64,000 nucleotides of DNA. It comes from Auanema rhodensis (Eukaryota; Animalia; Nematoda). The notes beneath the pieces were generated by a model. That model saw only the letters and a list, made by a program, of their open reading frames with translations. It was not told the origin of the DNA and searched no databases. This document shows positions 40,625 to 55,900 of this stretch, in pieces. Position 1 is the stretch's first letter; each line of letters begins with the position of its first letter. Location of the stretch: the NCBI GenBank assembly GCA_964057225.1, contig OZ059897.1, forward strand, positions 5,394,001-5,458,000, read 5' to 3'. Position numbers and translations under genes: made by a program.

Positions 40625-41917
40625 ATGACCAGTTCTTCTGGACAAGAGGACCCCGTAGTCCAAAATTCTAACACTGAAAATCGAAGGGACTCACGGGTAA
40701 TCAACAATAACGTTGAAGGATCGAACGTTTTGGTTATATTGTTCGGTTGGGCCGGTTGTAGAGATCGATATTTAGCAAAATATGCTCAATATTACGAAAA
40801 TGCCGGGTTAGAATTTTTCTTTGTAGCACTATAAGTTCTGATGTCCTTTTTATAGTTTCTCTACAGTCCGATTTACAACTCCAATTAAGAAAGTATGGTC
40901 ATTCGCTTCTTACACGCATTTCGCGAAACGCTTCTACAAAGAAACATTCGGGAGTGGTGTCAAAGTTCCTGAAAATGTTTTCTTTCATGTTTTTTCTATG
41001 AATGGTTGTTCTCAATTTGCTGCATTTTGGGACTATATTCGTGAAGTAGAAGGTGGCGACAAGTTAAAACAGAAGGTCAAAGGAATTTTATATGACAGGT
41101 TAGATATTGGTCATTTTGTTGTACTGATATATCTTATTTGGAATCACATTTTAGTGCACCCGCATTCACGTCTCCTTCTCAATCAGCAAATGCTGTCAGT
41201 TTTGCTTCGCTTCCACCTCCAACATTCCATTATACTGTTAGAAATACTTATAGAATGTTGCTTCTCACATTCTTCTCCATGCATAGGTAGGATAACAACC
41301 TATGCTGAAAAAGTATTCACTTTCAGAGGAATGATCTGGATGCAGTCTCTAATTGACGGAGGAGTTTATGAAAAAACATACGCATACTTCCGTATGCTAG
41401 CAATGGATGATCTTCCAAAACAGCAAATATTCTTTTACGGTCCAATGGATGATGTACGTTACATTTGCTTCTACATTCATGTGTATGAACAACAGAAATC
41501 TCAAATATATCTTGGGAACTTTTTTTTTGCCAAACAAGCTTGTTAATGAGAGTTCCTCGTAAACCTCAATTTTTTTGTAGTTTTTTAACAGAAACCACTT
41601 CTTATTTATATTCCCATATCGATATATAAAATGCGTCAAATAATTGTCAAAAATGGGTGTAATCTATCAATCAAATTCACTCTTTTTATTTGACTTTGAT
41701 TTTTTTGAGAATTTTATTATTGCAGGTATGTTCAGAAGACTCTATTGAACAATTCATTAAAGAAATGGAATCGCGTGGAATAAATGTAATTCGAAAACTG
41801 ATGAAGGAATCTCAACATTGTCAACATTTTCGATCATATGAAGACGATTATAAATCGTCTTCCATCGAATTTATAAATTCTTGCGCTCTAGTTGGCCAAT
41901 CCAATAATAATGAATAA
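40625..41917 (+). CDS. TMEM53 (DUF829) family protein
   Basis: LVILFGWAGCRDRYLAKYAQYY, FHVFSMNG, GILYDSAP, QIFFYGPMDD|VCSEDSIEQFI, SQHCQHFR..Y are the TMEM53 signature blocks; TTTCAG acceptor 7 nt before the ATG. Confidence 0.9.
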
Positions 41918-44900
41918 GAGGGTATAATTAACAAAAAATGTCTCCGGTATGATCTGTTTTTTTCCTAGAAACTAATATAAGTATATTTCAACCTTTTTTT
42001 AAAACCGTTATTTTACTAATCATTCCGTAATATTGCTTCTGTACTAGTCAAAATTGGTGATTTTAACCTTGTTTAGGTCATGTTTTCGAAACTGCGCGCA
42101 TAATTAAAAATTAAAATATAATATGAAATTTGTGTTGTACGAGCTTCCAACCGATCTGATTATATTACTAGACAGACATCTGTGCGATGTATTTTTTTTG
42201 CATCGAAAAAATAAACTTTTTTTTTTTTTTTGTTCACTTTTGTGAAGCTTTTCCGTAAGGTTTAGTTTTCTCCATTTGTGTACTATACAATACTTGTGTT
42301 TTCTATAATTGCATTTAGTTGATCTTCCACAACTACATGAGAGAAATCTAATCAAATTAATAAATCAGATCATTCGAGAGTGTATCTCAATAGCTTGGGT
42401 TAAACTTCTGCTTGCTATTTTTTTAATATTTCAATTATATATTTTGCAGAACAAAAAAATATCTAATCCCTTGGCGGTAAGTTTTTGATAAATTTTCTTT
42501 TTGTAAATTTGAGTTCTATATTAAAATCTTAAGCTGTCAAATCTAGCTATAATATTGTTAAGAATAATAATGCTGAAGATAAAAATAAATTTTATTCTAA
42601 AGGATTCTTACCTCAATATTATTATAAACTATTTAAGAACTGATGGTATATCTGCATATCTAACTGAAATGCTAGATGATCAAATCCCTTTCAATCCTCT
42701 TATTTCCAACAACAAAATTTCCTGTCGTGATGATATATGTTTACAAGCGATTAGACTGATATTCAGAACCATTGGCATAACAAAAGATGTTCTTCGGTTG
42801 ACAAAAAAAAGATCATAAACGATGTTATATCTAACGAAAACGGTAAATAATCTGAATTCACAAGCCTCTAATCATTCATCATTCTCTTACATGTACTACT
42901 ATTATGTGTAGCCATTTCATGATACTTTAGAAGAATAATTCTCCGATTTAGTGAGGAAAAAACAGATAAATTTAGTTAGATGTTTGGATTTTGGATGTAA
43001 TACTGATAGCTTGCCTGAATGAATACGTCATCGTTCCTGGTTGTTCTTTATCACCTTTAAACGGTTAAACAAAGAGCAGATTTCAATGTCTAGAAAAACT
43101 TCTTTGATCATTTTGGGACAAGTGTTACTATAAATTTATAATTCTTCAAACTGAAAACAAAATATATTATTATAACTTATCACAGAAGTGACATTCTCTG
43201 ACAGACTAAAAGCTTGTCATTTTAATTATTCCTCAAATAGGATTTTCTTTTTCTTTGAAGATAAAAATTTAGATCAAATAATATTCAAGGAAACTGAGCT
43301 TGCATCATCGTTTTCGTCTCCCTTTCTCATTACATTTGAAGAACCTATCAATGACATTCAAGAAAAAGAATTTGAGATATTTTTCAAAAAGCATAATTTG
43401 ATTGCTTATTATTATAAAAGTTATTACATTGTATATATCAGTTGAATAAAGATATGAACAGACATTATGGTTTCAGGAATTATCTCTCGAACTAATTAAG
43501 CTAGCAAGAAAACATATTTTGGCTATTATTATATTCATCTATTATATATATATATATATATACAAAGTACAAAATATAACTTTATGGCAAAAATAGTAAA
43601 AGTATCTCTCATACACTGATATCCTGCCATATTTAATGCTTCATTATTTTAGCATTTTAATTCGTTCGTCTGAGCATTAGATTTAAACGACTAGTTCAGT
43701 TTGTCAATCAGCGTTTACTAGAAAAGAGAAAGGATGAATCTTAAGGCTTCATTTTCTGCTTCGCTTGCACACACACACATGTACACATACACACACATAG
43801 ATAAACATATATCATTGTTATATTTGTGGTATTATATATATATATATATATATATAATAGTATATAAGGTTAATATTATATTTTTACATCTCTATGTAGT
43901 TTTTTTTATATTTTGTAGTCTTATGTGTTAATTAATCAATTGAGTTATGTGAAAAAATATTATAGCAAGAAAGATTTTTAAGATTCTTCTAATTATAGTT
44001 CATTAGATTCATTTTTGACTATACGTTTGGAGTTTAAATTTCTAGATACTTCTGTTCTCGTTATTAAAACTGTTGTTGCTATTTCGACACTTTCTATACA
44101 AAACAACAAGGTAGAACTTCTGCTTATGTTTCTATGTCTACAATCTAGAATGTTCGAAGATCTGAAGAGAGACTTCAGTTATTCGTCATGGAAACAACTT
44201 GGTGTACAAGTTGTGCATATATGGCTGAAATAGAATAACTTGTCATATCAATGATTATGCTGCTATGCTTCTCGCTATGCTCTGTCTTCTGATGTTTTTC
44301 TACTTATCCTTCTCAACATTCACACACATACACATACCAGTCGATCACACATTAGATCATGTGCTCTCGCTTTCTCTCTATCTTTTGCTCCTCTTTCCAC
44401 TTTTTCTATTTTGTTCTCATATTTGCTATGAACCTCTTTCATTTTTCTATTAATTATTATATATAAGCTCATTAAAGTATTTTTAAATTTTGTTTTATCT
44501 GTTACAAGGGGTTTATCTAATATCGTCTGAGCATTTAGCTCTTCAACGCAACTTTAAAAGTTTTCTAATAATTCTATGAAAATAGTGAAGAATGAATTAA
44601 ATGTATCGCCCAATCGAGAAGAAAACAAAACAAATAGAAAAAAATCTTTGTTAGCATACTTGCTTTCCATACTGTCAACGAGATTTCATATATGTTTCTG
44701 CAAGTTACTTGTCTTCTTCATTTTCTGTCTTCTTTATAAGACTCAGTGAGGCATCTTATCGTCTTTCACTCTTGCTTACTTGTTCGTCCTATCTTTGCAA
44801 TCCTACTTTAAATCTCATCCTGTCTCATTCTCCTCTATCCCTCCTTTTCTCTTCACGTGTAGTCTTCATGGTGTTCGATTATTCGTCTTCAGCTAATCAT

Positions 44901-47900
44901 CAGCCGTCTAAATCGATTCACTTGTTTGTTTTTGCATTTATCTTCATTTCCTCATTTCCATCACAAATTTTCTCAACTTTCTCTCCTTTTCATTTCTCCT
45001 TCCTCTTTTCGATCTATCCATTTCTCGACATATCTAGCTAATCGAGCAACATGAATAAAAAGCTTAAAAAGGTTTTAGTATCTATCACATGCTCCATCAT
45101 AACTGCAAAGAGAAGTAGTATTTTCCTAACAATAGTTAAAATGTTAATTCCTTTAACATTGAAAACGAGACTGAAAATGCTACAGCACCGACAGACAGCT
45201 CAACTTCTCAATCATTGATGAGATATGTGATCATCTAGTTTCTTATCATACTTCTTGTCATCATTGGCTTCGAATAATGGGCTTTCTTCATCTAATTGCT
45301 CCACAGGGAGGATAAAGATACATTTAGACAGTTAGATACTGATTAAAATACTGTTTGTTGTTCCGTTTTTCGAGTCTACAGATTGAAGCATGTGAAATTT
45401 TCATTGTGTACCGGCTTTTTATAAATTTCTGGCAAATCAACTGATTTGTTACTCTGATTTTGCAGCAAAAAAGCTTGCGATCATCTATAATTTCTCTTAT
45501 TTTTTATCTTTTTTTTTCACCCCAACGGCGAGCTATTCATAACAAGAAATCATCGTATATCAAATTTATAATAGAATATTATAATAATATAAAATAACAA
45601 ATTTCTGTTTTGATATAATCATGTTGTTAAGATTATTCTTCTGACTATCACATCTAATGGCTCATTATTCTTCTTTCAACGCACTTTTTCATATCTACGT
45701 GCTAATATACATCAAAACAGATAATCTCTATTTTTAATTATTTTCAACTTTCTATCTTGTTATTTTTGTCTATACATATAAGTTTGTATTTTTTAAATGA
45801 CTAAAATATCTTGAACGAATTACAATAGAATAGTATTCGAATGGTATGCGCAACAGATCCTATATATAGTATGTTTAACTACAATATCCTACCCAGCTTT
45901 TCCACCATCTGTCATGAAACTAAGTAAAGCGGCTCCGATAACTTTTATGAAGTACATCTGACGGTTTCCGAGAAAAAAAATCAGACAGATTGTCTATAAA
46001 TGCATATGCACTATATGTAATAATATTCTTCAAATATATTCCATTTAGTCGTAACGATAAGAACCTGACTCACATTTCTCTTTTTTTGTCGCCTTTTCAA
46101 ACATATCTAAGATGTAGTTTCTTACTGCAAATTTTTTCTTTGACGGTTTTCGCTAATCATATCAGAAAATAAAATGCTCAAGATTAGCTGTTCATTTTGT
46201 AATTCTTATCATATCGAACCTTCTGCTTATGTCTGAAATTTTCGTAGGTAGTTGATTTCTTCCTTCTCAATATTCCGAGAAGGTCATAAACTTTGTGACA
46301 GCTACTCAAATGCCTACGTTTGGTAGGGTTTGTATCCTTATATCATATTATATTTTGAACATCTATGCTTCAATCTATTTTTTCAAAACTAATTTTTGTT
46401 AATTATCAATATTTTATAAATTCAAATTTTGCCAAAATGAACATTTTATTTTGTCCTGATTTTCACGTAAATCATTACAAATTTTTTATTTTTTGTTGTT
46501 TCTGACAGTATGCGGTTGCATTGCCATTCACAATATGTTCCAAACTTAGGAATTTTTTATTTTGTTTGGAGAAAAACATGAGAAAATTGAGCAAACTAGC
46601 TCAATAAACAGTTGAAACGGTAAATGATGCAAAACATAGCTTTCACTTCAAAGTATATTGTATTTTGACACTTTGCGAACAAAATATTCTCATACGGTAC
46701 CCATCTTTCTCTCTGTATTCTTTTCTCTCACTCTCTCTCTTTCTCTATTACTGTTTCTCTTTTATAAACAATATTATTCTGATGTTAAAAAACGAATTGA
46801 AGTAGATGAAAAATTGCCTTTTCCTATAATTAAATAAACTTATTTTAACTAATTAGTTTACCATTATGATCGAAATGTCATAACTAGAAAACGAAATGCT
46901 GAGAATTATTGTGATATTTTGTGCCAAATTGCAAAATGTGATAGAGAAAAAAGATATGAGAGCACGCTTGATAGGAGGAGAGCTGAATGAGAGAGTGAGA
47001 CGAGAGGGGGGGGGGAAGAAACAGAGGGACAGCGTGAAAGAGAGAATAAGAGAGAAAGTAAAGGAGTACACGATGAAAAATAGTTTAATTAACATCATCA
47101 TCAACTACAACAACCCGTAAAGATTCTTCCTTCGAAATATTATTCTTCAGCTAGTATCTGACGTATCAGCTAAATTCAGCTGGTTTCAGTAGAATTCTCA
47201 TATAGGAATATTAGTATTGTATCTAATTTTAACTTTTGTTTCAAACAAAAATAGATTTTGAGATTGCAAATTTCTTTTATTTATAATATTTACTTTTCCT
47301 TTTTATTATAATCACCTAAATCAGCTTCAAACTATAATATATCATATATATATATTATGAATCAGTTCAATTATTTCTTTTATTTATAATATTAAATTAT
47401 ATAATTAGTTAATATTAATTATTTATAAATTGAATATCTTGATATACATATGTAATAATATGTATAACATAAATATATATATATATATATATATATACAC
47501 TGTATATCATGTTAATGATTTTATAAAAAATAAAATAAAGTTGCAAGCATGATGTTGTTTGACAATTTGATGTTTTGTTACTTTGTTGTTTTCTCTATTC
47601 TTTTTTCTATAGATGTACATTGTTTTTTTCTAATATTTCTTCTGCCTTAAACGAAGAAGTAACCTGATTTCTTCTATTCATATACATAGATACATACCTT
47701 GGTCCATTCTTTGAAGATAACATGATTGTAGTTTAGACTTGGAATTAAAGGTTTTCTCAAATATTATATATAAGCATGTTTATAATAATATACATCCACA
47801 TATGTGTATGTATAGATAGACATGCAGCATACAGACAAGCTATGTGTATCTGGAAATCAGAAAATAATATATCGGCGAAAAGATTCATATCTCAGACACA

Positions 47901-48650
47901 TATTTAACCGGATGAATTAAGATTATATTATACAAAATATAACAATATTCTATACAATATATGTCGGCATATTTTTTATATTTCTATTCCATTTCTATAC
48001 AATATTGATGTTGTCATTTTCATTTTCACCGTATATTTAAAAAAAAAAAATTTTTTTTCAGAAGATTTCTGATATTCATCTGCTTATATAAACTACTATT
48101 TCCTTTTTTACTTTGTTTTTCCATTTATCTATTTGCTCTATCTTTTTCATTATATTCAAATCCACTCAACTTCAATTCATTAAATATTATTTATCAAAAA
48201 CGTTGATAATATTCGTGAAAGTCGATAGTTTCATTACAAAAAATAATTGAAAAACATAGGAACAGTTTGCGATTATCCAGGCTTTCACTAATGGGCCGAG
48301 TAAGTATGGACTGATAACAGATGTATGCATGCAAGTGTGAGACTGAAGGCGGATAGAAGCTAAATTTTGGGGGGGGGGTGTAAAATAATGAAGAGAGAGA
48401 GAGAGAGAGTAGGAGAGAGAAGGAGAGAGAAGGAGAAAAGGAGAGAGAAAAGATTTCTTTTCAAAGCCTTAAAATCTGGCAAATGAGAAGAAAAAAGAAA
48501 ATCTAATATCTTAATTAAACTAAGTGTTTAGATATCTAACTTTTCTTCTACTAATTGTGAGTAAAATTAAAATAATTTGATTATCGCTGTTCTCTTTTTA
48601 TCTTATCAGATTTTAATTGATTTATTAGCTAGTCTTCATTAAGACCATTA

Positions 48651-48656
<6 letters not shown>

Positions 48657-48734
<78 letters not shown>
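48657..48734. repeat. (AT)n microsatellite
   Basis: Perfect AT run of about 39 units. Confidence 0.9.
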
Positions 48735-48743
<9 letters not shown>

Positions 48744-49927
48744 ACTATAATTATAATTTGGAATTTTTAAAGTTATATCTTTGCTACAATTGGCTACTGA
48801 TCTAGCTCGACGAAAAAAAGTGAAGAATATTGTGAAAAATTTAACAACATTTCAAAAGCATTTTGCATATAATTTTATTCGGAAATAATTTGAAACTTAA
48901 ACTGTTATCAAAGATTATGAAAACAATTTATCTAAGAAAGATTAATTTTAAATGTAATCTGTGGACTTATGAGACTCAAAAATGACATCTGAAAGAAGAA
49001 ACAGAGGCAAAGTTTGAAGTTATCAGATTATTTACCGATAGATTCAATTTGTTGTTGTTTGTAAAAATAATATATGAAATCTTTTAAATCTTTTCACTAT
49101 ATCACTATTATCTATAAATGTCCTTTTTGAGTAATAACAAATTTCAATGGATTTTATTTTGCCTTTTTGCTCTTTTTCAATAGTACATGAGAGCAGAATT
49201 TGATTTGAATTTTAACGGTAACAAAAGATTTTGCTCCAGCTCAGGGGCCACTTAAATGATAAATTAAGTTGCTTCTACTATATATACAAAGAAATAACTT
49301 TTATATTTCAAAGTATAACTCGAGAATGAACATGATTAACTCATCATTATAGATTAACGTATTATAAATAAAAACAATAGTAAGAAGTTAGTAAAAGGGA
49401 GGTAAAGAAAGCATACAAATGAAGACAAGATAAGACTTATTTTTATTTTAATTTATCGATAAAATTGCCTTCTTTCACTAAGACTATCATCAACGTTTTT
49501 TTTCAGTCTGCAATATATATTTTATTTTGAATCAGCGATGAAAAAAAGTTTTTAATCATATTTTTCTAATTATTGATTCACCATCCGTTTGAAAATTTCA
49601 AAATTGTTAGAGAAGTTCTGGTAGGAATCAGTGTTACAACTTCCCAGACTAGATGAACATACTCCTATAATGATAGTTTTGTAAATATGCTACCTCTCAT
49701 CACATTTTCTTTGTTTTATTATTTTTACTTTAAAACTACACAACCACTTTTTTGTATTCCTTTTTTTTTTCTTTGATTTTTTTTGAAGTATTCATTCTAA
49801 AATGAGATAAACTTGGTCGAGTGCTATATGATGAACAAGACACACTTTCTATCATCGAAAAACCTCTGCTTCTTGTTTTTCATTTTATTTTTCATGTCAA
49901 ATCGAATGTTTTTTGTTGTTTAATCAG

Positions 49928-49963
<36 letters not shown>

Positions 49964-52117
49964 CAATAAATTTGGATGGTAGGTTTTGATGTAAAATGTT
50001 TCTCTTAATATTTCTTATACCATGTGTACTTCTGATATACCGTTTCATTTCCTTCATATATCTTGCTAATCATTCAATATTTTTTATTTAAAAATCAGTT
50101 TTTTTCTTTCTGTCTGTCATTATTTGCCAGCGCTTGACTATGATTCATACATCTGTATGATGGCCAGGCAACCAACCTGTTACTACTGTGTGCGCACGGG
50201 ACAGTGACATGTTCGACATTACGAATACTGTTATCTTTTCTAATTGCGAAGCTAGTCGATTTCTGGTTTGTTTTCAAAATGCTGCTATCCCTTATCATGG
50301 TAATAAGAAGAACACTTTTGTTTCTCCCAGTAATGCATACACAGAAACATCTCAAATACACACATGTGCGGAAGATGCAGTTAAGCAATCGCCACTGTGG
50401 CTACTGATGCCTATCATTACACCAAACCAACTCATATAGTTTAATTTAATATTTTACTTGAACTGTTGAAGTGGTTAACTCTTAAGTGGATACGATGAAT
50501 AATGATACTTATGAGTTTGGATTAAGATAGAAAGACAGAGATAATGCGATCAGAGCACGTGAAGAATTGGAAAAAACTGAGTTTGTGCCGTCGTATGCTT
50601 GAATTCAAACTCCGAATGACAGCCGTCCGAAAATCTGTTGAGAGACAAATGAATTCGCAGAGAATGAGAATCTCTTTCGGAAGCCATGTGAGTAAGAGAT
50701 ACGGACATCTTTGCTAACTGAACCTCGAGCACTGAAGCGATCACGACTGGGTGCGAATAAGATAAAGTAAAACTACGAGAGAAATGAGAAAAGACTAGAA
50801 ATAGTAGGAGAATACGGGAGAGAAAGAGACAAGTCAATGGCGAGGACGACGACCTGCGAGATTCAGACGATGAGAGTCGTACATTGAATTTGCAGGTTCA
50901 GTGTTCAAGCTGGGAAGAGAGAAAAGAAAGATAGAGCAGACAAGCACACAGATAGAGTAGGGGGTTGGGCAGCAACGACGAGACGACACGTAGTGAATCA
51001 CTGGAACGCAGTCGCTAGGTGGTGAATCAGCTAACATCACAACCCTTCTTCTACTACACTCTCTTTGTCTGCCCTTCGTCCTTGTTTCTCTCTCTCTCTC
51101 TTTCTCTATTCCTGGTAGATACTCTCCGATTTTCAAGTGAAGACGTAACGATCACAGTTTCATAGCAGCCAGACGGACCGAAAGCATTTTAGGGTCCATC
51201 AAATTTCCGGAAAGCAAATCGCACTCATACGCTGTCATACGTACCAGCTAATGCTGACACGTTGAAGACAAAGAGATGATGTCTATGATGATAATGATTG
51301 AGACGACAATGATATTCTCTGGTACAATGAGGCGGTAAGAAGAAGGCAATAATTGCACCTACTAGCTACTAGGTCTTTTAAATTGCTGACACTCTCTAGT
51401 GGCATACACTATATTTCAATGTACTATTCCATGTGCTCCAATATATTTTCTATTTCTATTATATTCTGCTGAATTTTTAAAATGTGCTAGTAACTTGAAA
51501 TTTCACTAAAATATAATAATTTTATAGTGTCTTTATCATTTTCAACCCCTTTTCTCTCCCTCTCTCTCTCTCTCTTTCTCTCTCTCTCTTTTTCTCTCTC
51601 TCTCTCTCATAAACTGTTTCTTTTTTAATTTGCTTTAGTTTTCAACCAATGATTCAATGAATCAGCTAATTGGCATCATAGTCAGTCATATCAGACTGAT
51701 TTGACAGACTGGGCTTTTTGGTTGCCTGCCTGTCTATCTTTTCTAACTATCTTTATGTCTTTGTGTGTTTGGCTGTTTGCCGCGTTCGTTGTATTTCGTT
51801 TCTTCTTCAATGCTTAGTTAGCTAGAAGAGGTGTTAACTTGAAATCTCTACATCATGCTACTAATCCATAACAGAAATTTTAATATTTTATAATTTAGCT
51901 AAAGTTTTAATAAGTTTAATCAAAATAAAGAGAAAGAATTCATTTATATAAAGAAAGTAGAAAACGATAAAGAAAAAGGCAGATCTAATCATGGTCAAAA
52001 CGTGAAAAAGAAATAGAAACAATAGGTGACATAAAGAGAGAGAAAACTAGAAAAGGGGTTAATAAAGAGACATAGATAGAGAGATAATGAGAAGGATAGA
52101 GAGAAAGAGAGAGGGAG

Positions 52118-52149
<32 letters not shown>

Positions 52150-52908
52150 CGACGCACTAGTCCATGTATGTATGGTGTTGGTGGTAGTGGTGGTGGTGGT
52201 GGCGCTGTGTGTATGCATGTATGTGAATGTTATAGTAGATCATCCACAAAATCAAAAATAGCACAACTGAACTCTTCTTTTTTTCCGCGTTTATTATCCG
52301 CCTTACTGATTTGCAATGCAACAAAAAATCTTTTACGTTTTGAGAAAGAATTCGAACGAAAAAGTTAAGGAAAAAAAGCAAAAATTTGTTAAAATCTCTT
52401 AGTATAACTATGTGTTGACCCGTATCGATCAAGCATCATCATCACTATCGTCATCACCATCATTAACTTCATGAGAAACGGAATGACTGACGGCTAAGAG
52501 TCATTTTCTTTCTTTTTCTCTCTCTCTCTTTCTCGCACACAATTTTGTCAATTTATTAGATTACTTTTCTGAATTTTGTCGTTTTACTAAACCTATGTTA
52601 TTCGTTTTTAAACTTTTTTTCCTCATCGTATTGAGAAGGTAGAAATATGAATAAGATTGATATTTCACGCTACATTCTATTTTTTTTTTTCATTTTTCGT
52701 TATATTCCTCATGTAGACCGGTTGTTATCATGTTGCTTTTTATTTTATTCATCGTTAATACTTTTTTTTTTATCTTTATGAATATAATTCGGTATTAATT
52801 TCAGATACATTTTATATAAATCAATAAGAGTAATATTATTACTACAGAAATTACTATATCTATACTAATTACGAGTATATAATCAAATTAACAATCACAT
52901 ACACAACG

Positions 52909-55900
52909 ATGAACAGGGATACTGGCGAAGGAGCTTTTAATTTCCGAAAGCAAGAGTTAAGCTTAGACCTCAGGCCAACAACTTTACCGCCTGTTATGAC
53001 AATGCCACCAAGTTGGTTATTTTATTTTATTATTTTTTAATAAGACTTAATATTCATTTGAATCTAAAAATCTATTGCTATTATAAAAATTTTTATTTGT
53101 ATTAACATGATCTATTCATATACCATATTCATTATTTCGATTTTTCTTTTCTTCTCAGCAGCATCTTTATTCCAATTTTGCGCAAAATGTAAGTTTTTCG
53201 GCTAAAGTTTTTCGTTTTCTTACTTTTCTTGATAAGAAAACAATGTTTTTTCTTCCGTATTTTTTATAGTTTTCAACATTTTCACTCTTTTATTCATCTA
53301 GGAATCTTTAAATCTTGTATTGGTAACTTAGATTGTGAGAGCATCTAGTATACTTTTGATTTCTTAATAGATAATCTGTAAAAGATATTGAATTAATTTC
53401 AATTATTGAGTATGATTTGATTCAATCAATAACAATGTTATAAGACTACATTTGCTAACGATTGTTCATATTAACTTGAAGCATTAAACACAGATTATGA
53501 GTTTCATGAACAAAAATCGTGAAAAAGCGTGAAATTGTGATATCCGTCAGAGATTTCCTATATCTTACGATAAATACCACGAACAATTCGTTCTCAACTC
53601 CCCCGCTTATTGCTAATTAATTACATTCATTTTTTTGTGTTCAATTTATAATGAAAACGTTTTTCTTTTTAATCCACTTATTCACATATCAAAAGTTTTA
53701 TTTATTTTTATTTATTGTTTGTTATCAAATACTATCATAAATTCATTTATTGTCTATATATTTTTGATTAACACTTCTTGAGATTTCATTGAAAATGACT
53801 CAAATATCCGAGATAACTCAAAAATGATTTCAATATCTATTTTCATTATTTTTCTCCTTTTTTTAAAACTTTTTTTCGGTTCAAACCTGAGTTCTAACAA
53901 CGTTCTTCTTATATTATTGCATTGTAGTACGCTAATCTGTATTTTTTTAATTGTCCCTTATAGCTTAGTTGTTTATCAAAAAAGATAGAACCTTTTAATC
54001 GACAGCCGCTTTATTCATTTAACTTTCAAACATAGGTCGTCTTTCTCATTAGTGAAATAGAATGTTCATAGAAACTTTTTTATTGAATTTCTTGTTTTCA
54101 TCGTCTGTTCGTCCTCGTCTTCTCAACGATTTTCTCTACAAAAGAGCGGAAAACATGAGGTTTGAGGTGTTATGCAAACGAGCAGAAATGAAAATAAACT
54201 AGTTAAAAACTACAAATTGAAATCAAATATTAAACATTTTCACCGAATATTTCATTAAAAATTCTTTATTTTCTAATATATTCGTCGGTCTTGAGCAGAA
54301 CATGACTCAATCAATATCATATCTTTAGATTGCCGCTAAAAAAATGTTATGTTTATTGAAGTAGATAGAAAGAGTTATCACTTCGGGTATTTTCAATCGG
54401 ACAGAAAGAAATAAACAGACGATAGTTTTTTCTCTTTCTCATCGCTCTCCCCCCCCCCTCTCTCACTCTCTGTTTTATCTTCTCCTCTTTTTCTATTCTC
54501 CATTCTTATTTCTCTTACTTGAGACTGTATTCACATATTTATGATACTTTCCAACCTAACCATGTGCTATTTGGAAAATTTATTTAAGTATATCAACTTG
54601 AGAAGAATGGTTGTTCTATCTAATACATTGAGACATTCTTATTTTAAAGAATGAGCTTTGACGTTTTCGAGACTTCAAACCGCTGATCTCATTATCAGCA
54701 ATTTCTAATTGAAACTAGAAACGATAGACTGATTATGATATGATAGTCATCAAAGAATGAGAGAGAAGATACAGACATTGGAATAGAAAAAGAGGAAAAA
54801 GAAAAGTGTATTGAAATGAAAGAGAACAGAGAGTGAAAGGGAAACTTGATGTTGGATCTCAACCGTCGCATACCATTCTGCGACAAGGAGCAAATATAAA
54901 AGCTTAGACAATTATAACTTCGAGAAATAATTATTCAATTTTCTTATCACATACATGACAAAGTGATATTTTGGTTAGTTTGAACCTGTCTAGGAAGAAT
55001 GTTATCTTAATCGGTATGAGATAATTTTCTTTATTTTATTACTGCTCACTAAAGTTTTATGAGAGTTTAAATGAATAGAAGCAAAGTTGTTGAGAAAGTT
55101 TTCAAGCAATTAGTAGACAAAATTTTTTTTTAATAATTTGAATAATATAATAGATTAATATGTGAATATAGTTATATATGTACATATGTATGTAGATATA
55201 AACATATATATATATATATATATTGGTTCTTCTGTAGCAATGAAGAAAGAAGAAAGTACTGTCATAGTAGTGAAAGAAAACATTTTGTTTCTCCTGTTTC
55301 TTTGATTATTTTATCATCAAACCGCAGACTTGGTTTTCATAAGAAAAATAAGCCTCATATAGTTTGAATATGGTATTAATCGTTTGTACTTTCTCTTATC
55401 TAGCTTTTATTGATAAATATTTTAAAGTGTTAATAGATAGAAAGAAAAAAGAATGAATGAGACAATGTCGCTTTATAGTTTATAGTTGATGTTGAATTCC
55501 TTAATATATAATAATAATTAAATCTTTCAACTACGTATGGTTGAATCAATTCATCTTCATATAATTACATGCATATACCTTCTATCTATCATATCTTTTT
55601 GCATATACTTTCTAATAAACTCTTTAAATATATTAAATATCAATTGAATTATGATAACTATTACTGGTATTCAATAGTTTGTTGTTTGATTTGAAACAGT
55701 TTATAACACTTGCATTTCAAATAGTTTTGTCATCTTTTGGCAGCCTGTGCAAATATGCCACGAATCACACTTATCCAGAAATAAATTGTCAAAGCAACTG
55801 GAGTTTGCCGATAACTGAAGAGGAAAAAGAAAAACTTCAACGAGAAATTTTTCCAGTTGCTCTTTAGAGAGGGAAACGAAAAGTATAGTATCGTGGAAAT

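Noticed and set aside
47111-47135. AACCCGTA miR-100/51-family seed
   Set aside because: No complementary arm nearby to form a pre-miRNA hairpin.
43734-52432. Many low-complexity ORFs rich in F/L/S or E/R
   Set aside because: They arise from CT/GA and AT microsatellites and AT-rich sequence, with no splice-consistent structure or motifs.
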